Below, one piece after another: positions 18,418-28,367 of a stretch of 61,766 nucleotides of DNA. The notes beneath the pieces were generated by a model, which saw nothing but the letters and a program-made list of their open reading frames with translations, did not search any database and was not told the origin of the DNA. Origin of the DNA: an uncultured SAR86 cluster bacterium (GTDB lineage: Bacteria; Pseudomonadota; Gammaproteobacteria; Magnimaribacterales; D2472); assembly GCA_902635645.1 (NCBI GenBank), contig CACPON010000003.1, positions 1 through 61,766 of the forward strand, read 5' to 3'. Within the stretch, counting starts at the first letter, position 1, and the number at the start of each line of letters is the position of its first letter. The position numbers were made by a program, and so were the translations under genes.

Positions 18418-19693
18418 AAAAATATGGAACACTTCAGGTGTAAAAGTATCAGACGAAATATCTTCATTTTTAGCCGGTGAAGACATAGAGCTTGATAATT
18501 CTATTTTTATCTATGATATCGATGCAACTATCGCCCACATTAAAGGACTTCAATCAATCAATATTTTGAAAAAAAATGAATTTAATAGACTCAATAAATC
18601 ATTAAAGGAGCTAAGAAAGAAATTCTTAGAGGGTTCTTTTAAATTGACTAAGAAGTATGAAGACTGCCATTCTGCTATTGAATTTTATTTAACTAAAGAA
18701 TTAGGAGATCTTGGAAAGAAAGTTCATACAGGTAGAAGTAGAAATGACCAAGTTCTTGTAGCTATGAGACTATTTGCAAAAAATAATCTAAATGATTTTA
18801 AAAAACTAAATCAATCTATCGCTAAAACATTTATACAAATGGCAAATAAGTATGAACATATCCCTATGCCTGGATACACTCATCTTCAAAGAGCAATGCC
18901 TTCTTCATGGGGTTTATGGTTCAGTTCTTATGCAGAATCTTTTATCGACAATATTGATTTAATTAATAGCACCATTGACTGGATAGACTCAAATCCTCTT
19001 GGCAGCGCTGCCGGCTATGGAGTTGCTCTTCCATTGGATAGAAAAATGACAACAAAGGAACTAGGATTCAAAAGAGTGCAATTAAATAGCTTATATACTC
19101 AAAATAGTAGAGGTAAGTATGAGATGCAAGTTATCAATACCTTAAAACAATCTATGCTTGATGTAAGAAAATTTGCATGGGATATGAGCCTTTTTATGTC
19201 GCAAGAGTTTAATTTATTAACTATTGATAAAGCATATTTAACTGGTTCTTCGATTATGCCAAATAAACACAATCCTGATGTTATTGAGATTCTAAGAGCT
19301 AATTACTCAATTTTAGCTGGCCAAGCATCAGAGTTAGAAAATATCATATCTCTTCCAAGTGGTTATCATAGAGATCTTCAGCTAACAAAGAGAAGTTTAG
19401 TCTCTAGTTTTGATATTAGCTTAAAATCTTTAAGCATCCTCCCAAAGCTTATCAAGTCTATCAAAGTAAATAAAAAGAATTCACTAGAATATATTGATAA
19501 TGAAATGAAAATGACAGATAAGGTTTATGCTTTAGTAAACGAAGGAACACCTTTTAGAGATGCTTACAATCAAGTAAAAAATTCTAATGATTTGTCACAA
19601 TTTTCAGAAACAACTAGATCTAATTATTCGGAAGGATCTCCAGGAAACTTGAAGTTAAATGTCCTTGAAAAAAGACTATCTAAACAAAGATAA
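18410..19693 (+). CDS. argH: Argininosuccinate lyase
   Basis: HTGRSRNDQV, MPGYTHLQRA, TGSSIMPNKHNPD and GYHRDLQ motifs. Confidence 0.96.
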   Translation: MNKKIWNTSGVKVSDEISSFLAGEDIELDNSIFIYDIDATIAHIKGLQSINILKKNEFNRLNKSLKELRKKFLEGSFKLTKKYEDCHSAIEFYLTKELGDLGKKVHTGRSRNDQVLVAMRLFAKNNLNDFKKLNQSIAKTFIQMANKYEHIPMPGYTHLQRAMPSSWGLWFSSYAESFIDNIDLINSTIDWIDSNPLGSAAGYGVALPLDRKMTTKELGFKRVQLNSLYTQNSRGKYEMQVINTLKQSMLDVRKFAWDMSLFMSQEFNLLTIDKAYLTGSSIMPNKHNPDVIEILRANYSILAGQASELENIISLPSGYHRDLQLTKRSLVSSFDISLKSLSILPKLIKSIKVNKKNSLEYIDNEMKMTDKVYALVNEGTPFRDAYNQVKNSNDLSQFSETTRSNYSEGSPGNLKLNVLEKRLSKQR

Positions 19694-19723
19694 TCTTTCA
19701 ATTAAAAGTTAACATTAACATAA

Positions 19724-20998
19724 ATGATGATACCAATTAGATTTAGGCTAGTCCTAATGTCTTTCCTTGCAGTTTTTATATGCTACATAGATAGAGTTAA
19801 TATCTCTGTTGCAATTATTCCTATGCAAGAGCAATTTGGGTGGAGTGAAGCTCAAACAGGCATCATTTTTTCAATTTTTTACATCGGATATGTTCTTACA
19901 ATGATACTTGGAGGAATTTTAGCTGATAAATATGGCGGTAAGACTGTTCTAGGTGTAGGAGTGTTACTTTGGTCAATATTTACAATGCTCACTCCTTTTT
20001 TTGCATACAACGGTTTTCTTGCCTTGTTATTTATAAGAGTCCTGATAGGGTTAGGCGAGGGCATCACTTTCCCATCTTGGCATTCTTTGTACGCGAGATG
20101 GATCCCATTTAATGAGAGAACAAGATCGATTGCTATTACAAACAGTGGTATTTCTGCAGGTACAATTTTTGGTTATGTAGCAACGGCGCTAATAATTGCT
20201 TCATATTCATGGGAGTGGGTATTTTATTCTTTTGGAATGCTTGGGTTGATTTGGTTCATATTTTGGCATAAAAATTTTACTTCAGATCCGCAGGACCACA
20301 AACATATATCCTCAAAAGAATTAGAATTAATTAAATCAGAAGCTCCTGCAGACTCCACGGCAAGCAAACTGCCATTACGAAAATTACTCACCAATCTTCC
20401 TTTTATAGCAATCACAGTAGCTACATTTTGCAATAATTGGGCATTATTTACCTTTATTTCATACTTACCTAAATACGTTAATAGTCCCATCTCAACTGGT
20501 GGTTTAGGTATTGAATTAGACTCAGCGATATTTATCGTAATGATACTTATACCAAGTATTGTTTCAGTTTTAGCTTTAATTTCTGGGGGTTATCTAGCAG
20601 ACTCTTTAATCAAAAAGGGACTCCAAGTATTAAGAGTGAGAAAAACTGTAAATACAATAGGTTTTCTTGGTGGTGCGACTTGTCTTTCAATGATTCCATT
20701 TCAAGATTCCCATATATCTATTATTATTTTATTGTCTTTTACGAATGCTTTTAGTGGAATTGCTGTTGGAGGTTATGGTGTAAATCATGCTGACTTGGGC
20801 CCAAAATATACTGGTTCTATTGTTGGCTTTGCAGGTGGTATTGGGATGATAGCTGCGATTATAAGTCCTTTTGTTGCTGGGCTGATATTAGAGCTTACAG
20901 GATCATGGTTTTTAATATTTAATATATCTACCTTTGTTTTAGTATTTGGAGGATTATTTTATTTATTTTTTGCTGATACTAAGATTCAATTTGAATAA
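19724..20998 (+). CDS. MFS transporter, anion:cation symporter (ACS/SLC17-like) family
   Basis: ICYIDRVNISVA, GGILADKYGGK, RVLIGLGEG and NHADLGPKY motifs; about 12 hydrophobic segments. Confidence 0.88.
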   Translation: MMIPIRFRLVLMSFLAVFICYIDRVNISVAIIPMQEQFGWSEAQTGIIFSIFYIGYVLTMILGGILADKYGGKTVLGVGVLLWSIFTMLTPFFAYNGFLALLFIRVLIGLGEGITFPSWHSLYARWIPFNERTRSIAITNSGISAGTIFGYVATALIIASYSWEWVFYSFGMLGLIWFIFWHKNFTSDPQDHKHISSKELELIKSEAPADSTASKLPLRKLLTNLPFIAITVATFCNNWALFTFISYLPKYVNSPISTGGLGIELDSAIFIVMILIPSIVSVLALISGGYLADSLIKKGLQVLRVRKTVNTIGFLGGATCLSMIPFQDSHISIIILLSFTNAFSGIAVGGYGVNHADLGPKYTGSIVGFAGGIGMIAAIISPFVAGLILELTGSWFLIFNISTFVLVFGGLFYLFFADTKIQFE

Positions 20999-21000
20999 AT

Positions 21001-21501
21001 TTATTCAGTTATTAAATTCTGAAAATAATTAAAAATATCCTGTTGCTTTCTGTCTCTGGCAGTTGTCCATTCTTTTGTTGAACTGCTATTTAACAAATTA
21101 TTATTTTTATCAAACACAAGAACTCTTGGTACTCCTTCTTCTCTTGGGATATTGAAATATTCCATCAAATTCATGTTTATTTCATATCTACCAACATCAA
21201 TATGAAGAACTTCATAGTGTTTATCTAAAAACTTTTTAATGGTTGGTAAATTAAAAGTTCCAGCTAGTACTCTACAGTCACCACACCAATTGCCACCAAA
21301 AATAATTATTGGTTGCTTTGAGTTATTTATAGTTTTATTTATAAATTTTTGAATATCTTTCTCTGTATATTCTTTTTTATTATAAGGAAGGGGAAGTGGC
21401 ATTTTTAATACCTCATCTTTCGGAAGCTCAATATAATCTGCATCTATATTCATACAAAATACTAAAAAAAATGAAAAAAAGATTTTTTTAATTAACTTCA
21501 T
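21001..21501 (-). CDS. Exported thioredoxin-family protein
   Basis: Signal peptide, FGGNWCGDC CxxC motif, GVP cis-proline loop. Confidence 0.85.
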   Translation of the reverse strand: MKLIKKIFFSFFLVFCMNIDADYIELPKDEVLKMPLPLPYNKKEYTEKDIQKFINKTINNSKQPIIIFGGNWCGDCRVLAGTFNLPTIKKFLDKHYEVLHIDVGRYEINMNLMEYFNIPREEGVPRVLVFDKNNNLLNSSSTKEWTTARDRKQQDIFNYFQNLITE

Positions 21502-21548
21502 TGTGATAATTTTATATTACAACCAGTTAACAAAAAAGGAGTGCAAAA

Positions 21549-21941
21549 ATGATAATGCTTCAGAAATTTTATTTAGTTTTTATGGGACTTACATATTTTG
21601 CTATTGGTGCTTGGGCAATAATAGACCCTGGTTTCACGGATGCTGTTGGCTTACAAGTCACATCTGATATTGGTTATTCAGAAATAGCTGGAATATATGG
21701 GGGTTTAAATCTTTGTATTGGATCTATGTGTTTAATTGGCTTATTTAAAGAGTATATTGGAATATTCTCTATTAAGTTTTTAACTTTTTTAACTGGTTCT
21801 ATTGCTTTTGGCAGGATAATCTCCTCAGTACTTCCAAACATGCCTGGCTTTTTTAACACCTTCTTTATATTTGAGGTTTGCGCCTGCTTGATTGGATTAT
21901 TGTTGATAAACTCAACAAAAAAATCAGATCAAATTGCTTAG
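21549..21941 (+). CDS. DUF4345-like membrane protein
   Basis: SEIAGIYGGL and GRIIS motifs, four hydrophobic segments, AAGGAG RBS upstream. Confidence 0.75.
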   Translation: MIMLQKFYLVFMGLTYFAIGAWAIIDPGFTDAVGLQVTSDIGYSEIAGIYGGLNLCIGSMCLIGLFKEYIGIFSIKFLTFLTGSIAFGRIISSVLPNMPGFFNTFFIFEVCACLIGLLLINSTKKSDQIA

Positions 21942-22871
21942 TTTTACAATATATCCTAGGTAGCCTATAACAAAAATATATCCAATTAGTTTAACTACTT
22001 TTAAATTAAATCTCGAAGAGGAGTATGTTGCTGTAATCAATATAAATAACATTGATGTTATGGATAAAACAAGGAAATCTCTCGATAGTATATTTGATTC
22101 GAAAGTTACATCTGAAAACATTCCAATTATAGGAACCACTAGTGCAATATTCATAACATTTGAACCAATGACATTACCTATCACCATGTCATTTTTATTT
22201 TTAACAATCGCTGATATCGTTGCTGCAAGCTCTGGCAAACTAGTTCCAATAGCAATGATAGTCAGCCCAATAATTACTTGAGGAACATTTAAGATAGTGG
22301 CTATATTTTCAGCATTAACAACAGCATAATTTGATCCGACTATCAGCGCTAAAAGTCCAAATATCAGCAAAAGAGTTGTTTTGCCTGTTTTTATATTTGA
22401 ATTATCAGACTCGTCTATTTTGTCAGGTATCCTAAAAAGATATGTGAAATACATGAAAGCAGCAAATACAAATAAAAACTCTATACTTTCGGCTTTTGTA
22501 ATTTTTAAATCTTGCAAGCCTAAGCCAAGGACAATTACTGCCAAGATAAATGGAATAAATTGCATCGGGTTTGTTTTGGCTGGCTGCATTGAAATACCAA
22601 TACAAGAGACACCAAAAATTAATGCGATGTTTGATATATTTGATCCCACTACAGCCCCCATCGCAATAGATTCTGTACCATTTAGCACTGATGAAATACC
22701 AACAAATATTTCAGGAGCAGAGGTTCCTAGGGCTACAATTGTTAGCCCAATAGTTAATTCACTTAAACCAAGCTTTTTTGCAATTAGAGATGAATTATCA
22801 ATAAATTTATCTGCCCCCCATATCAAGACTGACAATGAAATGATTAATCCTATTAGATGATAAAAAATCAT
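21924..22871 (-). CDS. Calcium/sodium antiporter (YrbG, CaCA family)
   Basis: Two alpha repeats: GTSAPE...GSNISN and GTSLPE...GSNVMN. Confidence 0.92.
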   Translation of the reverse strand: MIFYHLIGLIISLSVLIWGADKFIDNSSLIAKKLGLSELTIGLTIVALGTSAPEIFVGISSVLNGTESIAMGAVVGSNISNIALIFGVSCIGISMQPAKTNPMQFIPFILAVIVLGLGLQDLKITKAESIEFLFVFAAFMYFTYLFRIPDKIDESDNSNIKTGKTTLLLIFGLLALIVGSNYAVVNAENIATILNVPQVIIGLTIIAIGTSLPELAATISAIVKNKNDMVIGNVIGSNVMNIALVVPIIGMFSDVTFESNILSRDFLVLSITSMLFILITATYSSSRFNLKVVKLIGYIFVIGYLGYIVKLSNLI

Positions 22872-22995
22872 TGCCTATTCTAACATTTATAATTTAGTTT
22901 ATTTGATGTGTTTTATTGCGCATTTGAAGATGATTTAATATCTATCGTTTTAAAGTATTCAATATATAATTTAAGTAAAATTTATAGGAACAAAA

Positions 22996-23793
22996 ATGGA
23001 AATTAATAATTTATTCAGTGTAAAAAACAAAGTAGCTGTAGTTACCGGAGGATCGAGAGGTATAGGAGAAATGATTACAGCTGGGTTTCTTGCAAATGGA
23101 GCAAAGGTTTACATTACAGCAAGAAAGGCACCTGCTTTAATTGAAAAAGCTAAAGAGCTCTCAGAACTTTATGGTGGAGAATGTATTCCATTTCCATGTG
23201 ATTTGAGTACCTCAGAGGGTATTGATTCATTTTCAAACATGATTGCAGAAAAAGAAGATGGTATTGATTATCTAATAAATAACGCAGGAGCTGCATGGGG
23301 TGAGCCATTTGAAAGTTTTTCAGAAGCAGGATGGGATAAAGTTATGGACTTAAATGTTAAAAGTCTTTTCTTCTTAACACAGAAAATGAAACCATTGCTT
23401 GCAAAAAAAGCTACTCTTGAAAATCCTTCTAGAGTAATAAATATTGGATCAATTGATGGATTAAATGTTCCTGGATTTCCAACTTTTTCATATAGCACTT
23501 CAAAGGCTGCGGTTCATCACTTAACAAGACACCTTGCTGCTCAACTTGTATCAGAAAATATTATTGTAAATGCAATAGCACCAGGCCCATACCCTAGTGC
23601 TATGTTGGGTTCAGCAGTTAACTCTGATTATTCTGAAATAGAGAAACATAATCCAAGAAAAAGGACTGGAAGCCCAGAGGATATTGCAGGATTGACTATA
23701 TTCTTATGTTCAAGAGCAGGTGCATATGTTGTTGGTGAGACCATTGCTTCAGATGGAGGACTTGTAAAGACAGCAGGTCACATATTGAGATAA
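22996..23793 (+). CDS. Short-chain dehydrogenase/reductase
   Basis: TGGSRGIG, NNAG, YSTSK and NAIAPG motifs. Confidence 0.92.
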   Translation: MEINNLFSVKNKVAVVTGGSRGIGEMITAGFLANGAKVYITARKAPALIEKAKELSELYGGECIPFPCDLSTSEGIDSFSNMIAEKEDGIDYLINNAGAAWGEPFESFSEAGWDKVMDLNVKSLFFLTQKMKPLLAKKATLENPSRVINIGSIDGLNVPGFPTFSYSTSKAAVHHLTRHLAAQLVSENIIVNAIAPGPYPSAMLGSAVNSDYSEIEKHNPRKRTGSPEDIAGLTIFLCSRAGAYVVGETIASDGGLVKTAGHILR

Positions 23794-23798
23794 AGAAA

Positions 23799-24701
23799 TT
23801 ATTTTTTAGCTTCAATGAATGCATTAATAATAAGCTCTTTCATCCAAATATGACCGCCATCACCTTCATCACTTTTATGCCATATTAAGAAATATTCCAT
23901 TGATGGTATTTCTGCAGGTATTTCAAGAAACGGAAGGTTATGTGCTTTTGCAAAACTTCTTGTTGCGAATAGCAACATATCTGTTGATTTAATAATGGTT
24001 GGAGCTATAAGAAAATGTTGACACCTAAGGGCAACATTTCTTCTGTATCCAATTTTATCTAGCTCAACATCAATAAGATGTAATCCTCTCTTTCTGCTTG
24101 AAACATGAAGGTGGTCTTGAGCAAGTATGTCATCAATATTTGGATTTTCTATTTCTGAAATTGGATGTCCTTCTCTATGAATAGCAACAAAATCGTCTTC
24201 AAAAACTTTAAAAGAATTTATTTCATCTGAAGCTGGGATAACAGGATCAACAACAAAATCTAAATTATTTGTTGCTAAAGCATGAACTTGATCGCTTCTT
24301 TTATAAGCATAACTGCCAACAGAAATATTTTTAGCATCTTTATCTATTTCTTTCATGATATATGGTAGAACTCTTCCTTCTGAGATATCACCTAGTGATA
24401 ACTTAAAAGTCCTTGTAGTAGTTTTTTCATCAAATGTATCTGGTTCATTTACACTGTGCTGCATTAGAGTTAAAGCATTTTGAATATCTTTAATAATATT
24501 TTCAGTTTTTTGTGTTGGAACCATTCCCGATCCAGTTCTTACAAAAAGATCATCATTGAACCTTTCACGCAAACGAGATAGAGCATTACTTACCGCTGGT
24601 TGTGTTATTCCTACAACTTCAGCAGCTTTAGTTAAACTGCCTTCGGTATATATGGCATTTAAAATTACAAAAAGGTTTAAATCAAAAGAACTTATCTTCA
24701 T
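23799..24701 (-). CDS. LysR-family transcriptional regulator (NodD/NahR-like)
   Basis: DLNLF...SLTKAA...ITQPAVSNALSRLR HTH; divergent from the acyl-CoA dehydrogenase gene. Confidence 0.93.
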   Translation of the reverse strand: MKISSFDLNLFVILNAIYTEGSLTKAAEVVGITQPAVSNALSRLRERFNDDLFVRTGSGMVPTQKTENIIKDIQNALTLMQHSVNEPDTFDEKTTTRTFKLSLGDISEGRVLPYIMKEIDKDAKNISVGSYAYKRSDQVHALATNNLDFVVDPVIPASDEINSFKVFEDDFVAIHREGHPISEIENPNIDDILAQDHLHVSSRKRGLHLIDVELDKIGYRRNVALRCQHFLIAPTIIKSTDMLLFATRSFAKAHNLPFLEIPAEIPSMEYFLIWHKSDEGDGGHIWMKELIINAFIEAKK

Positions 24702-24845
24702 AGTATTATTTTGGACAATTGATATGCATAAGTGCAGCTAGCTTTGATTTGTACATAAAGCTATTATAGAGATACAAAAAATTTGTATTATTCATCACAC
24801 TTATAATGTTACCAAATATTAGTGTATATAGGGAGTTAAATTTAA

Positions 24846-26066
24846 ATGTTACCTGAACTTAGACCAGAGGCTCATGATCTTATTGCAAGAGTTAAAGATT
24901 TTATTGAACAAGACTGTATTCCATCAGAGCATATTTTTCATGACCAAATAGAAGAAGGTGAAAATAGATGGAACTCATATCCAGAAGTTATTAACGAATT
25001 AAAGGACAAAGCTAAATCTAAGGGGTTATGGAATCTTTTTTTACCAGAAAGTGAATTTGGTGCTGGATTGACAAACTATGAGTATGCACATTTAGCAGAA
25101 GTAATGGGAACATGCAGCATTGCATCTGAAGCAATGAACTGTGCTGCACCAGATACAGGAAACATGGAAGTTATCGCGCGATATGGTAATGAAAAACATC
25201 AAGAAGAGTGGTTGCAACCATTGCTTGATGGTGAAATTAGATCTGCATTTGCAATGACTGAACCAGGGGTTGGATCATCTGATGCAACGAATATGCAGGC
25301 TACTGCCGTTTTAGATGGAGATGAGTATGTAATTAATGGTGAAAAATGGTGGACTTCAGGAGCTGGTGACCCAAGATGCAAAATTCTTGTATTTATGGCT
25401 GTTACAAACCCTGATGCTGCAAAACATCAAAGACATTCCATGATGCTGGTACCTATGGAATCAGAAGGTATTGAAATTCAAAAAATGATGCATGTATTTG
25501 GCTATGATGATGCACCTCATGGACATGCTCATATTAAATTTAATAATGTAAGAATTCCAAAAGATAATCTTTTATTAGGAGAAGGCAGGGGCTTTGAAAT
25601 AGCTCAAGGACGTCTTGGCCCTGGAAGAATCCATCATTGCATGAGAACCATAGGTGTTGGTGAAAAGGCTATTGAGCTTATGTGTAAGAGAGGTATAGAT
25701 CCTAATAAAATGCCTTTTGGTAAAAATATTGCTAATCTTGGAGCAAATTTTGACTATATTGCAGAATCAAGAATTGAGCTAAATGCAGCAAGACTCTTAA
25801 CGCTTGATGCAGCTCATAAAATGGACACAGTTGGAAATAAGATAGCAGCAAGTGAAATTGCTCAAATAAAGGTATTCGCTCCTAATGTAGTCTTAAAGAT
25901 TATTGATAGGGCCATTCAAATGCATGGAGGAGAGGGTGTATCTCAATTAACTCCATTAGCTTCAATGTATGCGCATATAAGAACTTTAAGACTTGCAGAT
26001 GGCCCAGATGAAGTACACAGAAGAGCTGTTGCAAGACTAGAGCTTGGTAAATACATAGTTAGATAA
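24846..26066 (+). CDS. Acyl-CoA dehydrogenase, ACAD10/11-like
   Basis: [38 protein letters not shown] and [11 protein letters not shown] motifs. Confidence 0.92.
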   Translation: MLPELRPEAHDLIARVKDFIEQDCIPSEHIFHDQIEEGENRWNSYPEVINELKDKAKSKGLWNLFLPESEFGAGLTNYEYAHLAEVMGTCSIASEAMNCAAPDTGNMEVIARYGNEKHQEEWLQPLLDGEIRSAFAMTEPGVGSSDATNMQATAVLDGDEYVINGEKWWTSGAGDPRCKILVFMAVTNPDAAKHQRHSMMLVPMESEGIEIQKMMHVFGYDDAPHGHAHIKFNNVRIPKDNLLLGEGRGFEIAQGRLGPGRIHHCMRTIGVGEKAIELMCKRGIDPNKMPFGKNIANLGANFDYIAESRIELNAARLLTLDAAHKMDTVGNKIAASEIAQIKVFAPNVVLKIIDRAIQMHGGEGVSQLTPLASMYAHIRTLRLADGPDEVHRRAVARLELGKYIVR

Positions 26067-27470
26067 TTGTCATTCAGTAATTTAATTTTTTACGATACTG
26101 AGACGACTGGAATTCAAAAAGATTTCAGTCAAATATTGCAATGTGGTTCAGTTTTAACAGATATAAATCTAAAAACTATTGATGAACAAAATATAGGCTG
26201 TGCTCCACTTCCATGGGTAATCCCGCAACCCATGGCCATGCTTACAAATAAAAAAGTAGATCTTTTTAATTCAAATATTTCACATTATCAAATGATGAAA
26301 GATATACAGAGGCAATGGAAACAATGGTCTGCCCAAAGTCCCGCAGTTTTTATCACCTACAATGGTCATGCATTTGATGAAGAATTGATTAGAAGACAAT
26401 TTTTTTGGAATCTTTTAGAGCCATACACTACTAATACAAATGGAAATGGACGACTTGATTTGATGCTCATGATGCACAATATCGCTGCATTTTTTTCTGA
26501 AGAAATTTCAATTCCTCTTTTTGAAGGTGGACCTGGAATCAGTTATAAATTAGAACATTTAGCTAAAGAACATGGAATTGATGCAGGTGATGCTCATGAT
26601 GCTATTGCTGATTGCAACTTGATGATTGAACTATGCCTAATCATTCAACAAAAACTGCCTGAGTTATTTCAATCTTTCATAGATACAGCCACAAAGCATG
26701 GCATAAAAGATCTCTTATATGCTGATGAATTCTTAGCTCTTGGCGAAATTCATAGAAGACATACTTTTAAGTATCCGGTTGTCCTTTGTGGAAGTGATGC
26801 AAGCAGGCCTAATGAAATAGTTTTCTTTGATTTAAGCTATGATCCTGATGATATTCTAGATTTAGACTATGCTGAGATAAATAAATTAGTTCAGTCAAAA
26901 GGAAGAGACGGACCATTAAAAAAATATAAAATTAATAAAACAATTCCAGTTTGCTCTAACAAGTTATTAAAAAATTCAGATGCTTTTGATATTAAATTTT
27001 CTGAGCTACAAAGACGTGCTGATATTATTAAAGCAGATAAAGATTTTCAACAAAAAGTTTCCCAAGCAATGGAAGATAGGTTAATGGACTTTCCAGAGTC
27101 TGAATATATTGAGGGAACTATATATTCTGGTGGATTCCCTTCATATAAAGATAAAGACCTAATGCAAGAATTTCACCTTAGTTCAGATCCAGCTCACTTA
27201 ATAAAAATTTCAAGAAATTTTGAAGACGAGAGGCTTAGACTATTTGCTGAAAGAATAATATGCAATCAATTCTCAACAGATATACCTGATGATATCCAAA
27301 AAAGATATCAAGACCTTATTTTACAGAGAAATACTGATGAGGGCCCTTGGGGCTCCGTAGAAAAAACATTGATTCAGATTGAAAAATTATTAGATGAAAG
27401 ATCTGAAAAAGAAGATCAAAATATATTGCTAGCCACGAAGGAAAAAGTTGAATCAATGAAGGTTTCATAA
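26067..27470 (+). CDS. sbcB: Exodeoxyribonuclease I
   Basis: FYDTETTG (ExoI), YNGHAFD (ExoII), SYKLEHL and AHDAIAD (ExoIII), KINKTIP; TTG start abutting the previous stop. Confidence 0.85.
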   Translation: MSFSNLIFYDTETTGIQKDFSQILQCGSVLTDINLKTIDEQNIGCAPLPWVIPQPMAMLTNKKVDLFNSNISHYQMMKDIQRQWKQWSAQSPAVFITYNGHAFDEELIRRQFFWNLLEPYTTNTNGNGRLDLMLMMHNIAAFFSEEISIPLFEGGPGISYKLEHLAKEHGIDAGDAHDAIADCNLMIELCLIIQQKLPELFQSFIDTATKHGIKDLLYADEFLALGEIHRRHTFKYPVVLCGSDASRPNEIVFFDLSYDPDDILDLDYAEINKLVQSKGRDGPLKKYKINKTIPVCSNKLLKNSDAFDIKFSELQRRADIIKADKDFQQKVSQAMEDRLMDFPESEYIEGTIYSGGFPSYKDKDLMQEFHLSSDPAHLIKISRNFEDERLRLFAERIICNQFSTDIPDDIQKRYQDLILQRNTDEGPWGSVEKTLIQIEKLLDERSEKEDQNILLATKEKVESMKVS

Positions 27471-27546
27471 AAATTAAATGGAGGACCAAAGTCCTCCATT
27501 TGAGATATCAGCAATTCTAATAGGGGGAGAGGAGTGCTGACATCAC
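27470..27546 (-). ncRNA. Candidate small RNA with a CU-rich anti-SD loop and intrinsic terminator
   Basis: Minus strand: stem GATGTCAGCA/TGCTGATATC enclosing CTCCTCTCCCCCTATTAGAAT, then a terminator hairpin and T-rich tail; promoter-like TTGATA-16-TAAAAT upstream. Confidence 0.55.
27476..27501. terminator. Perfect 11-bp hairpin, terminator for the minus-strand transcript and possibly for sbcB
   Basis: AAATGGAGGAC-CAAA-GTCCTCCATTT; followed by AATTTTT on the minus strand. Confidence 0.8.
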
Positions 27547-27688
27547 ACATTTTATATATTTATAATTAATTATCAATAATATTTATATTAGTTTTTTAAC
27601 TTATCGTATCTTGGTTATATGTATATGTTTGATACATATTTATGAATGTTACCAATGTATAAAATTTCTGTATAATGTTTTCTTTTTT

Positions 27689-27767
27689 AGACCCGTAGCT
27701 CAGTTTTGGTTAGAGCGCCGCATTGACATTGCGGAGGTCGATGGTTCGAGTCCATTCGGGTCTACCA
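27689..27767 (+). tRNA. tRNA-Val(GAC)
   Basis: Acceptor AGACCCG/CGGGTCT, anticodon arm CCGCA-TTGACAT-TGCGG, GTTCGAG T-loop, CCA; TATAAT upstream. Confidence 0.96.
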
Positions 27768-27771
27768 GTAT

Positions 27772-28215
27772 TTATAATTGAGATAAATAGCTATCAAACC
27801 TGTCTTTATTCATTACAAAGGTTGCCTTGATTTTTTGAGCAGTCGCTTTAACTGACTCAAGATTGCTTTTATTTATACCAACTTCAATAATACCTACCAT
27901 TGCCATCATTGCATGCGGAGTACATTGATAACCATATAGACCCTCAACATCAAAAGTTACAGTGATATCTTGACTAAGGTTGCCGTTCCAAGTGGAGGCA
28001 CCTGGAGGAATCATTCCTTCAATAGATGCAGAGTTATGCGCTGCATCAGTTGCAACAAATGTAACAGAGTCTCCTTTGTTTATTTTAAGAACAGAGGGCT
28101 CAAATACCATATAACCCTCAGATCCTTGATTTAACATCTTAACCTCATAATTTTCGGCATAGGTAAATAAGTTAAATGAAAGTATGAGTGGTATTAAGAA
28201 ATTTTTTATATTCAT
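27772..28215 (-). CDS. Pseudoazurin (blue copper cupredoxin)
   Basis: Signal peptide, EVKMLN, MVFEP, HNS and the type-1 Cu ligand motif YQCTPHAMMAMVG. Confidence 0.92.
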   Translation of the reverse strand: MNIKNFLIPLILSFNLFTYAENYEVKMLNQGSEGYMVFEPSVLKINKGDSVTFVATDAAHNSASIEGMIPPGASTWNGNLSQDITVTFDVEGLYGYQCTPHAMMAMVGIIEVGINKSNLESVKATAQKIKATFVMNKDRFDSYLSQL

Positions 28216-28367
28216 ATTATTGTTCCAGTAATAATGATTAAAGTTGTAACGATTGATAAAAAGATAAAACCTAAAATTATAGAAAGTAATAAGATTTTTA
28301 ATGGAGATGGTAAGAATGTTGGCTCACTAGAGCCGACACCAATTAATAGTTTTATTACTTTATTCAA
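28212..28367 (-). CDS. Small membrane protein (51 aa), not in the supplied ORF track
   Basis: TTG 28367 to TGA 28212 encodes MNKVIKLLIGVGSSEPTFLPSPLKILLLSIILGFIFLSIVTTLIIITGTII; overlaps the upstream stop and forms an ATGA overlap with the pseudoazurin start. Confidence 0.65.
   Translation of the reverse strand: MNKVIKLLIGVGSSEPTFLPSPLKILLLSIILGFIFLSIVTTLIIITGTII

Noticed and set aside
24720..24830. Specific LysR operator between the regulator and the acyl-CoA dehydrogenase
   Set aside because: T-N11-A-like candidates exist (for example around ATTCATCACACTTATAAT), but none can be singled out in such AT-rich sequence.
27556..27578. Fur box or FNR site over the candidate sRNA promoter
   Set aside because: The half-site spacing is one base longer than the Fur 7-1-7 consensus and does not fit TTGAT-N4-ATCAA; AT-rich DNA gives such partial matches easily.
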